Made by a program: the position numbers and the translations under genes. From Callorhinchus milii (lineage: Eukaryota), in assembly GCF_018977255.1 (NCBI RefSeq), contig NW_024704743.1:34226001-34290000 (forward strand): a stretch of DNA of 64,000 nt, in the 5' to 3' direction. Of this stretch, positions 49,791-60,840 are shown one piece after another; position 1 is the first letter of the stretch; each line of letters starts with the position of its first letter. Below the pieces are notes generated by a model. That model ran no database searches and was not told where the DNA came from. It worked only from the letters and a program-made list of their open reading frames with translations.

Positions 49791-50359
49791 TGTAAATTGC
49801 AATGCACAGAACTAATCAAAACCTTTTCCCATCAGGAATTACACTGTCATTACAACACCACACAACGCCTCCCCTCTCCTCTAGTGCCTGCTCCCTATTT
49901 GTCTCTCTAACTCAGGAATGGATGTCAGGTAAGGACTTTGGCTGGGAAGGCCTCACAATGCCAGCACCTTGGGTAGAAATTTCACCTGGGTTTAAATTTA
50001 CTCTATTAATATAACACTGTCAAATTCTAAAATTCAGTCTTTAATTTTCAAGCGTAAATTACTGTAAATTCTTTTCCAATTTGCCAAATTCTGAAATGCT
50101 CGTGAACAGTGTAAATCTAGAGCCAAGCGGAATCCCTACCCAGCTCTATCTTGACTCACACATGAAAAACAGTCATTTGGATGAGTCATGAGAGGATGGC
50201 AAATACTCATGGAAGCTTACCCCAGCGTGAGTCAATGCCTTCAAGAGAACAGAATTAGAGAGAGAAAGATACTCTTTCATTTCAATCGGTTTAGATAGTT
50301 GTAATTTTATATAATAAATGAGTTATATCGTTGGATAATGAATCCCATTCTGACCATCT

Positions 50360-50735
50360 ATAATAATCTGTGCATTTGATATAGTGCCTTATCATGTTGT
50401 CGAGATGTCTCAAAGCGCTTCACAGAATATACTGTAAAGTGAACAGACTGTGTATTTTGTGGGCGAAACGCCGCAGCCAATTGTGCACAGTAGTGTCCCA
50501 CAAACAGTCATGGATTGAGTGAACAAATTATTTTTTTAAAAAAATTTAATTTTAAGGGATTATAACCCCTGGAAAAGCAATTCGACAATTGACCAACAAC
50601 CAGGTTTCTACTTCTGCTAGGTAAACAGAGGCATGTGGAGTAAGGAAACTTGCCCAACATTTCGCTCTGCCCGGGATCCAACCCAGGTCCTCTATCTTCC
50701 GAGACGGGTGCTCTAACCATTAAGCTACAGGAATC
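50360..50735 (-). mobile_element. tRNA-headed SINE, intermediate tier, full length
   Basis: Head, extra segment, Deu block and tail. Confidence 0.88.
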
Positions 50736-51068
50736 TATAATCAGAGAAGATCTAAAGTGGCATATATAAGATGAATATGAAATAAAGATTGAGGTGTTTA
50801 TTGTTAAGAGAATGCTGTTGTACAGATTTAGATTGAAGGCATTACAATACCTGCATAGTGCAGCTCCTCAATAGCAACAACAACAACTTGCATTTATATG
50901 GCGCTCTTCACGCGGGGTAGCATGTTAGAGTATTACTATAAAGAATGGGTTGTCTTAGCTGTTCATTGTAACAGGCTGGGAATCCAGCGCACAGTGAGCA
51001 AGAATGAAGATTTCATTCATCCAATCTACAAACAAGGATCATTTATTTTGTGAAATGGACGCTATTGG

Positions 51069-51390
51069 AGTCCTGTAGCTCAGTGGTTAGAGAACTCGCT
51101 TTGCAAGCGGGAGACCTGAGTTCGATTCCAGGCAGAGGGCGAAACCTTGGGCAAGTTTCCTTACTCCACACGCCTAATAATAATCCCTCCAAAACCCAAA
51201 ACAATAATAAATTGATCATTTTCAATCTACGACTGTTTGTGGGACATTGCTGTGCGCAATTGGCTGCCGCGTTCGCCCACAAATATACAGTCAATTCACT
51301 TTACAGTGTGTTCTGTGAAGCGCTTTGGGACGTCCTCCCGACGTGAAAAACGCTATATCAAATGCAAGGATTAATATTATTATTATTATT
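51069..51390 (+). mobile_element. tRNA(Ala)-headed SINE, full length (young tier reference copy)
   Basis: A box tagctcagtgg, B box gagttcgattcc, TGC anticodon loop, Deu 3' block, tail gggacgtcctcccgacgtg, (tta)n. Confidence 0.96.
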
Positions 51391-52140
51391 CAAAAATTAA
51401 AGTACATTTGTACAATGTAATCTAGAATCTGTACAACGGTGATACCTGCAACACTACCTCACTCATTCTCTGAACGACATAAAATATGGAACAAAGTTTA
51501 TTGTTTCAAAATACTGTTCTGTGGCAGTTCAAAAATTAGACTAAACAAAACACACCACACACATTATATAACCAAAACACTCCATATTTTCACAATCCTA
51601 GCATTATAATTATAAGTCACAGTGCCAGCCTGATTGTGTAATCTATATTCTGGTTAAATAAAGCTTTCTATACAATTACAAAGGGACTAGAAACTCCAGT
51701 ATTCAATGCCCCTGAGCAGCCCTCAGGTAATGTACACTATAAATAGCAGGCGGCCTTAAGAGCTGGTGACGTATGATGCTACTACTGCAGGTGTTCACTG
51801 ACACCAAGCCAACTCTGCACATCTGGATTATGCATGTAGATCAACCAGAAACACCACAGGAACTTAAACCCTGCTATTAAAATCTTCACTTGTGTTCTGC
51901 CAGTGAATGCAGTCACAATACATTGCTAATCTTCATGCTTGCTCAATGTGTGCTGCATGTAAAAGCAGTTCTAATGCACAACTATACTAAACTGCTGGTA
52001 TAGTATTGCTGAAGCAAATGTATATGGAGTCACAAAATTATTGTAACATGTTCAGTACAAATCAGCATAATATTCTACAGTATAGCCTGCTCCTATAATA
52101 ATAGCTTATTAAAGTAGAAATGAAAAGGGCACTGCCAATC

Positions 52141-52401
52141 AAAGCCTTCTGCCACTCTGCCCCCACCCTCTGGAACTCCATCCCACAGTCCCTCAGCCTC
52201 GCCCCCTCCCTTGCCTCCTTCAAGACCCATCTCAAGACTCTCCTCTTCAACCGTGCTTTCGATCTCCCTGCATCCCCCTCTGCCCTCTATCCTCTCCAAT
52301 CCCGACCCCCAGCTCGGGTCTGAAACTCTGTCTGTCCAGCACCTTGGGACGTCCTCCAGACGTGAAAGACGCTATACAAATGTAATTTTGTTGTTGTTGT
52401 T
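52141..52401 (+). mobile_element. L2 3' end
   Basis: AFCHSAPTLWNSIP...FKTHLKT followed by the tail and (ttg)n. Confidence 0.92.
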
Positions 52402-53089
52402 ATAACATTACTCTGAAACAGCAACATGTATAATCAAGAGTTTCGATTTTCAATTAGCTTCAAAGTGACCGGTGATTGCCAAGATACCACGTCTTGTACT
52501 ATGGAATACCCCTCATTCTGTTGGCAGGGAAACTCCTTTAAGTAATTCTAATATGACAGAGCCTGGCAGTTTGAAACATATGACCTGTTCAGCAATCTTA
52601 TTAAAGGCACTAAAAATAGGATCTGTTTGATGCATTATTAATGTTCGAAGTAAAGAACCTAAAATATCCCATTACTATATTCAAACTTTCCCATTATAGA
52701 ATAACGGATGTGCCAATCATGCACATTCAAGCCCAAATCCTGATCAGAGGCCACACACACATTTGGAATCTATCCCTGACAGTCTGTTACTCCACGCAGT
52801 GGAGCCAGTTTACAAGAAGATCTGTTACAAAGCACTTGTTTTAAAGTTTTAATTTATTTTCACGTTAATTTAACTTATTGCAAGTCCTCATGAAGAGGAT
52901 CTTAAAATAGAGAAGTAACAGGTTAAGACTGAGACGTAAAGGACTTCCTGTGACACAAAATAACTCTTCCCCAAAACTGACCTTTAATTTCAGGGACTTG
53001 GGTTCGAATCCAGCCCAAACTAATGTAAGAGTACTGCATGACCAACGAAGGTTAAAGAAAATCTAATTTCAAATATATGAATGATTTTC

Positions 53090-53380
53090 ACAGGGTAAAT
53101 AGGCAAGTCAGTGACAAAAGGTGCATAATTTGCCGATTAACACGAGAATTGTTTTTACACAGAGGATTGATAGATTGGGGAATGCCTTACCACAAATAAG
53201 CCGAGTAAATAACACCATTTAAAAAGAGAAATGGATAAATACTTGAAGAAAATTATGCTGAAGGACATGGTGAAGAGCAGGCAAATGGAATCAGAAGTAG
53301 ATCACTCCAGCGGGTTGCTATCACCAGCATGACGGTCCGAATGACCTCCTTCTGTGCTGTAAGTTTACTTTGATTCTATG
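53090..53380 (+). mobile_element. Decayed CR1 3' end
   Basis: tttttacacagagg...ggaatgccttacca...ccgaatgacctccttctgtgctgtaa...gattctatga. Confidence 0.75.
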
Positions 53381-53529
53381 AGATGACTTTGAAGCTAACA
53401 AAACTGACACTAACTGAATACTGAGCACACTGAATTGGTAATCATACTGAAAGAAGGGTCACAAAAGCTAGGAGAAGAAAAGTGTTGCACTGATGCTGTA
53501 AAGGGGAGGCGTTTCTGATTTGGAGTTAA

Positions 53530-53910
53530 TAATAACAATAATAATAAACCTTGCATTTGGTAAAGCACCTTTCAATTTGGGAGGACATTCCAAAGTGCTT
53601 CACAGGATTTACTGGGAAGTGGAGTGACTGTGTATTTGTGGATGAATGCAGCAGCCCAATTACTCACAACAATGTCCCACAAGCAGCCATAAAGTGAACG
53701 ACCAATTTTATTTGAGGGATTGTTGGCCAGGATACTGCCTTCTCTTTCCAAACAGTGTCATGGGATCTTTAAAGTCCACCTGAACAAGCAGATGGGCCCT
53801 TAGTTTAACATCTCAATCCAGCACTGCATTGGATTGTCAGGTTAGAGAGGCTCGAACCCACAACCTTATGACTCAGAGGCAAGTGTGCTACTGCTGAGCT
53901 AGGCTGACAC
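53530..53910 (-). mobile_element. Old Deu-domain SINE
   Basis: Same layout as 21628-22062. Confidence 0.85.
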
Positions 53911-56900
53911 ACTAAGACACTAAGGAGTACACTGAGAAGGAGCAGAGGGAGCTTTAATGTCTAACCTGACTCAATTTTTTGAAAGCACGACAAAACCCCA
54001 ATAATCAAGACAGCACAACAAGAGGACATAGGTTTAAGGTTAAACAGGGCAATTCCAAGACACACACCAGGAAGTACCTGTTAAACCAGAGTGTATTTAA
54101 TGACTGAAACAAGTTATTAGGAAGAGTGGTTGAGGCGAGGACACTGGACTCATTTAAAAATGAGTGTCGATCAATGTTTCAGTCAATTCCCATTCTCTGG
54201 AACTCCACCCTGAAGTCCCTATAACTCCCCCACTTCTTTCATGAAGGGTCCAATTTAATTTAGGTTTTAACATATGATCTGCATTGACAGACGCCCCTTT
54301 TATACCTTGTACATAACCACTATTACTGTTATCACCTTTTCACACTGTCATTCAGTTTATGCCTCACAACAGTACACTCTGCGAGCCATCTGTTTCCACT
54401 AACATTCAGTTCACTTCCTCGCACCCCTTATTTTGGGATAAGATTTATACGAAGCTTTCTTTATCACAGACTCTTCATGCATTGGGTTAATGTTGGAACT
54501 GTAGTAACTAACTTTCCACGTGGGTACTGAAATAAACGTTTTTGTTTAAATATAAGTGAGATTTACGCTGTAATTTAGAGGCTCGTGCACTGAAAAGATG
54601 AGTTTAAGCAAAATGTCTTTGCCAATATCAACTGCTAATGAGATTTCCCCCATTAAAATCGCACAATGCCAAAGGTGTGACATGTAAAGCCAACCACAAA
54701 ATCAGGCCATCAATCCATTAAACAATTAGGATAAATTTCTAGATAAATAATTAGATACATTTCTATTAGGAGATATTACCTCGGGCTACAATATATAGTT
54801 TGGGACACGACTTGTCAAGCGAATGCCAGGATAGTGGAAGGTGAACTGGATGGACCTAGGTCTTCTTTTGCCTAGCAAATTCTTAGGATCTTATGTTCTT
54901 ATATGAGGGTCTGTTGGAGTATTGAGTGCAGTTTGTATCAGTAAAAGCAGAATGAAAAGTTAGGAGAAATTTATTGTACAAAAAGGTTATTACGATGAGG
55001 AACACATTACCACAAGTCGCTATTGAAGCTACGCCACATGTAACATTTAAAAGGGAATTAAACAGGATACTTAATAATAACAATAATAATATAATATATT
55101 TGTGCAATAAAGACATAGAAAGGGACAGGGTACACTGTACAGGGTAAAGATACAGTGGCAGAGCTAACATGGCACTTGCACAATGAGCCAAATTGCTTCC
55201 TTCCGTGCTGTAAACTTTTCTCTGATTTATCTGTAACCACTGTATTGAGAGGCAAGATATCTAAAGATAGTTGTACTAAGCAGGCTAGAGGTGAGTGAAT
55301 AGATGATATATGGCTATAACAGAGGGCCCAGGAAACAACAGATATAACAAATCACATATAGGGATAGCGCCTAGTCTCAGGTACAATTGTCCAGATATGG
55401 ATTCTCAAATTAAAGATATAATTTCACTCATAACATTCATGGGCACCTATGATAGATTGTGTACAATATAGAGTTGATAGATTCCAGAATCAAGTCCCTG
55501 GGAATATGATATACATGGAAAAAAAAGGTGCAGTTCAAAAATCAGAACAAAAAAACTAAAACTAAACTCAGAATTGAACGTATCATTAAAAGGAGGATAA
55601 TAAATCAATACAAACCAACTCTTTAAAGACTCACAAATTATTTTACTTCTAGATGGATTGGGAGGGAGGGTATTTGAATTGTATACAATTTGACAAATTG
55701 CCCCAGGTATGATGATATCAGTTTCAAATACCCTTTCAATCAGTCAGCTGTGTGAAGCACGTTGACACAGCATACTGACTGAAAGCTACTGCATACATGT
55801 GTATCGTTGTTCTTGTTGCTATTCCACAATCCACACTGGGAATATTTTCTTCATGATGCCATAATGGCTTCTTCATGAAGTCACAAAGCAGCGATATGGA
55901 GCAGGAGGTCCATATGAATCCTTCTCATTTAAGAGTCAGTGTGGAAAAATCAAATAGACAATTGTGGCGTTCTGCATCAATGTAGCACGAGCGAATGTTA
56001 TTCAGCAGGTAGCAAGTCACACTGCTCCCGATACCACCTTGTCCAGCTCATTGTCAGGGCCAGGGCTCCAGTGTGATTTGCATTCTCTCAGCCCCAATAT
56101 TTATTGCGATTAGAGTGGCGAAAATCACGAGCAAAATCACAGCGATTCACCACTAAGTGCAGCAGGATTTTACATCTGGAACATGGGACTATTTCCCAAA
56201 TTCATTTTAAGACCATGAGCTTAAGCCTCAGAACAAGAGAAATTTCAAGCCCCAAGTGGGGGAAGATATATCAGAAAGAGAAGTCCCGCACGTTTGATTC
56301 TCACACTCTGAATTTCTCAGAAAAAAATGAAGTCTCTTAAACCCAGGTGGAAATTCTCCCCCAGGTGAGAGCAAGATTGGGCTTGTCTGTGTCCCCTTCA
56401 GTTGAATAGCTTGCTACCTCAAGTTCTGGTCAGCATCGATTCTAACACATTAAGAAGACACTAAGACATCAGCACTGTGCTGTCCCCAAGCACCCATCAA
56501 TATGCTTGGGGAGTGTCAGGCTGAAAATTTTAGATGGGGTATGAGAAAGAAAAAATATATCCTTACCGATGGCTGGTTTCTCAATTAGAAGTACCATTTC
56601 CAAGGCCTTACAGTATGAGGCTACAATGCCAGTTACCCCATCCCATCCTTTTTACTCACTGCAGTTAATGGATCGTCTCTCACTTGCCAATCATGCCCAG
56701 GCCTGCACAGTTTTCAAGCTGCTTCTTTCTTTGCTTTGCTTACAAACAATTTAAACACGCACTTCCAGGGAGTCCGCAAGATGGAAATTCATCTAAGAAA
56801 CTATCAATATGTTTGGATGATAATACCTTCAGATACACTGTATTATCTTCAAAGGAGGAAAAGATGGGAGGTAATGTTTTTTTTGAAAAAACATCACTAC

Positions 56901-57239
56901 TAAGTCATATCAATCTGAGATTCCTTCAAAAGTATAGATGTAAAATCATACACACGACTCAAAACTTGAAAGGTTGGTCAAAACTCAGAGGCCCTGAGAA
57001 GAGGAAAATGCTGGGATGTTTGTCAAGTCAACCAAACTCATGTCTGGTCCTCTGTGGTTTGGTCCCCTATGGCTTAATGGACAAATTCATTGTGTGGTTC
57101 ATTTCTGAACAGCACATACCAGGAAGGTCCCAAATTCAAACCCCGGTCAGTACAAAATCAGTCAACAATGCTACTGTGGCAGCTACAATTGGTCTTAAAT
57201 GTACTAAGTAACGTTTAAAAGAGAAGTAGATAATTATTT

Positions 57240-57702
57240 GGGGAGCACAAGTTTGCAGGGCTATGGGGAAAGAATGGGGGAGTGAGATTGATTTGGTTAG
57301 CTCCTATAAAAGAGCCGACACAGACACGATGGGCCAAATGGCCTCCTTCTGTGCTGTATAATAATAATAATCCTTGCATTTGATATAGCGCTTTTCACGT
57401 CGCGAGGACGTCCCAAAGCGCTTCACAGAATATACTGTAAAGTGAATTTACTATATATTTGTGGGCGAAACGCGGCAGCCAATTGCGCACAGCAATGTCC
57501 CACAAACAGTCATGGATTGAAAATGACCAATTTATTATTGTTTTTGGCTTTGGAGGGATTATTATTAGGCTCTGTGTGGAGTAAGGAAACTTGCCCAAGG
57601 TTTCGCCCTCTGCCTGGAATTGAACTCGGGTCTCTCGCTTGCAAAGCGAGTGCTCTAACCACTAAGCTACAGGACTCCAATCATAATTCTATGATTCTAT
57701 GA
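57240..57702 (+). mobile_element. CR1 3' tail interrupted by a SINE
   Basis: gatgggccaaatggcctccttctgtgctgta [SINE] attctatgattctatga, the octamer-repeat end typical of CR1. Confidence 0.8.
57360..57677 (-). mobile_element. tRNA(Ala)-headed SINE, full length (young tier)
   Basis: Close reverse-complement match to 51069-51390. Confidence 0.95.
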
Positions 57703-58140
57703 AAGCTAAGCAAAAGGGGAGGGGAAAATAACCAGGGTTCTTGCACTTTATTCCAATGACTCTACATGGTGACAAATGGCCACTCACTTGCCACGTCAGG
57801 GAGGAATTGGTCCCCATGGAACTATACGTCAGGATCAGCACCAACTTCTAGCAACGAGGGGAGTAAACAAAGGGAGGGAGGTCAATGAAGAAGAAGCTAC
57901 ATTTTCATTAATCATGACACACGCCAGATCACGTATACCACAGAATATATGCATAGTCACTGTCCCACTGTTTGGCTCCCAACAGTACGCTTTCATAGAC
58001 CCTTGACACAATATCCCTACTGCACCACGATAACAATCAATTTTTCACTCACAACAGCCATTCTTCAGACCTCGCTGTGGGAGATTTACAATTCAGTACC
58101 AATCTAAGTAGACCCATTGAGAATTGGGTTGATACCATCT

Positions 58141-58209
58141 ACAACAACAACAACAACAAGATTACATTTGTATAGCACCTTTCACGTCGGGAGGACGTCC
58201 CAAGGCGCT
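58141..58209 (-). mobile_element. Isolated L2 3' stem-loop tail, about 70 bp
   Basis: (aac)n-agattacatttgtatagcacctttcacgtcgggaggacgtcccaaggcgct. Confidence 0.9.
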
Positions 58210-58522
58210 TGCTATCTCATATCATGGAGAACTCTTAGCAAAGAGAAGGCAACATTCATCTCATCGGTTTAAGCTAGAATTTAACCCAGGTCCCAGGAGG
58301 TAGAAGAACAGTATTCTAACATTCTTTTTGTATTAGTATGTTTGATGTTCCTTTCATTGTTGTCCCAAACCCACATTTTTAAAGAAAACATCTACACGTC
58401 TGTCAAGAAGAGCAGTTGAGAGCAAAGATATCCATCCAGCTGTCTCTTTAATGAGACACAACACCAATATACATGCATTACAACAACGACTTGTATTTAT
58501 ACAGAGCCTTTCACATAAAAGA

Positions 58523-58781
58523 AATAATAATAGTCCTTGCATTTGAAATAGTGCCTTATCACTTTGTAGAGACATCGCAAAGTACTTCACAGGAATATAC
58601 TGTAAAGTGGAGTGACGGTGTATTTTGTGGGTGAAACATGGCAGCCAATCACTGTATAAATGGTTGCCATGTTTCCTACGAATACAGTCAGCACAGTTTA
58701 CAGTAAACTTCCTTGAAGCTCTTTGAGATGTCTTGACAACTTGTTAAGATGCTATATCAAAATGGAAAGATTATTATTATT
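58523..58781. mobile_element. Two SINE 3' halves fused back-to-back (fold-back)
   Basis: Minus-strand half 58523-58647, 13-nt spacer, plus-strand half 58661-58781. Confidence 0.85.
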
Positions 58782-59749
58782 TGATGTAAACTGTATGTGG
58801 TTCATATTTTTATTCATGTCCACACACCCTCTTGAAGAAATAAGAGCTAAGTAAAAAAGCAGTGAAGCTTCAAATGTAATGGGAAAGTCATTTTCATGTT
58901 TCTATGGAAAACTTATCTAATTTTATACTCTTCGCTGTGTGAAACATCATTCCTCCAACAGCCCACTGTAATTTAATTTCTATCACTGCCATCACTGCTC
59001 CACAGACACCTGCAGTGTGATTAAAGCAGACACTGTGCTGGCGTCATTCTCTCCGTTACTCGAACAAATTAACTGACTTTAAAGTTTGGCTTTTTTTTCC
59101 GCATGCAGGATTTGAAATTCGACTTTTATTTTTGTTTGCCTACAAAATTCACTCTCGCAAGAAAAAGAGCAAGTTCTGCTGACAAATTTAAATGTAACAC
59201 TCAATTTCACAGACATTCAATTTCCATCAGCTTCAATGCAACCTTAATTGTTGCTTTTTGCACCAGTGCACTAACTTTGTATTTGTGCCTTGGTATTTAA
59301 AAAGTTGTACAAGGCATTTCACAAACACATAGTCACTACAGTTTACAATAAAATAAATTACAAAAAAAATTGAGTCACTCAATTAATAACTGCTGGGGCA
59401 CTGCTGTGCGCAATTGACTGCTGCATTTTGCCAACAAAATATAGAGTTAATTCACTTGATGGTATATTCTGTAAAGCGCTTTGAAACGCCTGGAAGATTC
59501 CTTGCAATAATCCTTGCATTTAATAAAATGCTATGTCAAATGCAATGATTATTATCATTATTATTTAACACTCCTGAAACCTCAATGGAATAATTGCTAT
59601 ATCAAATGCAAGGATGATTATTATTATTGCTACTATACACATGTGAAGCCCTTTGAGGCATCTTCTCAATGTGAAAGGCATTGTATACTAATTGTTGTAT
59701 CAAATTTAAAGATTACTTTTATTATTAATTTACTTATTTTTTGGTAAAT

Positions 59750-60150
59750 TGGTTTGACCAACAGTCCTGGAGAACAGAATAGGTTGGGCATTTTTGGCAC
59801 ACAGGGTCACCACTGAGCACTTGATGGTGAAGCCTAACACAGACTGTTTTCACCCAATGTTCCATCCACTTCACCCCTAATGGAACAAAAATCCATCTCC
59901 TAATGCACCAACGTCAATTCTTCTATTTCTAGCATCAGCCATCTTTGCAGCCTCTTCAGCCGACAAAGTGAGTTTGTTTCTTTGTGCTACGGACCCGCAG
60001 TATCCAGGTTGAGAGGCCCAAATTCATTCCGTGTGGGGCACTTGAGGATTAAGAGAGCCGAGTCTGTCATCCGGATAGTCTGGACTGTAATCAAACCCAT
60101 GCCCTGGAGGTGAAAGGAAACTGTGATAACCTTCTGTACTAGACAGTCCT
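59750..60150 (-). mobile_element. LF-SINE-like element, decayed
   Basis: Minus strand reads cctttcacctccagggcatgggtttg and ggaatgaatttgggcctctcaacc, resembling the LF-SINE head and core as I recall them; not verified. Confidence 0.45.
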
Positions 60151-60589
60151 CTTGGCATATAAATATTTAGAATGATGTGGAACACAAGGCACTATGAAGT
60201 TGAAGAAAGAAAGACTAGATTAAGTACTTTTTAAAAAAAAATGTATTCCCCTCTCCCCCCCAGCCCCCGGCAAAAAAGTATATTGGGATCAAAATCACAA
60301 CATTCCAAAAACACATTCAATTTCTTTTTTTTTGGAAATGTCTGGTACATATGGATAATAATAATAATCCTTGCATTTGATAAAATGCTATATCAAACGC
60401 AATGATTATTATTATTTAACACTCCTGAAACCTCAATGGAAGCTTTCCAGGACATGGCTTCATCTTCCAAATAACAGATGAAACTGGAGCAGTCTTGCCA
60501 TTAGATTCCCATCTTATTTAACAATGAGGATTTTTTTCCTGCAGAAAAGGAATATTTGATGATGATGGACATTTGCCTATATTTAAGGA

Positions 60590-60840
60590 GAACAATCAGT
60601 TCAAAGAGTTCCCGTGACACTATTCAAAAAGAGAAGGGAGTTTCTTCCGGTATCCTGGCTAACAATCCCCCTGATAAAATTAATCATTCATTTCATGACT
60701 GTTTGTGGAATGTTACTGTGCACAAATTAGCCACTGCTTTTGCCTACAAAATACAAAGCATTACACTTTACAATAAAATCCTATGGAGTGCTTTGAGACA
60801 TCCCCCAGACATGAAAGACTCTATATTAAATCAATCATTA
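60590..60840 (+). mobile_element. Old Deu-domain SINE fragment
   Basis: cccgtgacactattc...ggtatcctggctaaca...gactgtttgtggaa...aaattagccac. Confidence 0.75.

Noticed and set aside
51069..51140. tRNA-Ala(TGC) gene (also at 10845, 19051 and 57677)
   Set aside because: The acceptor stem does not close properly, and each copy continues into SINE body and tail.
56684..57211. 175-aa ORF
   Set aside because: No recognisable domain, and the 3' part runs into a SINE-like repeat.
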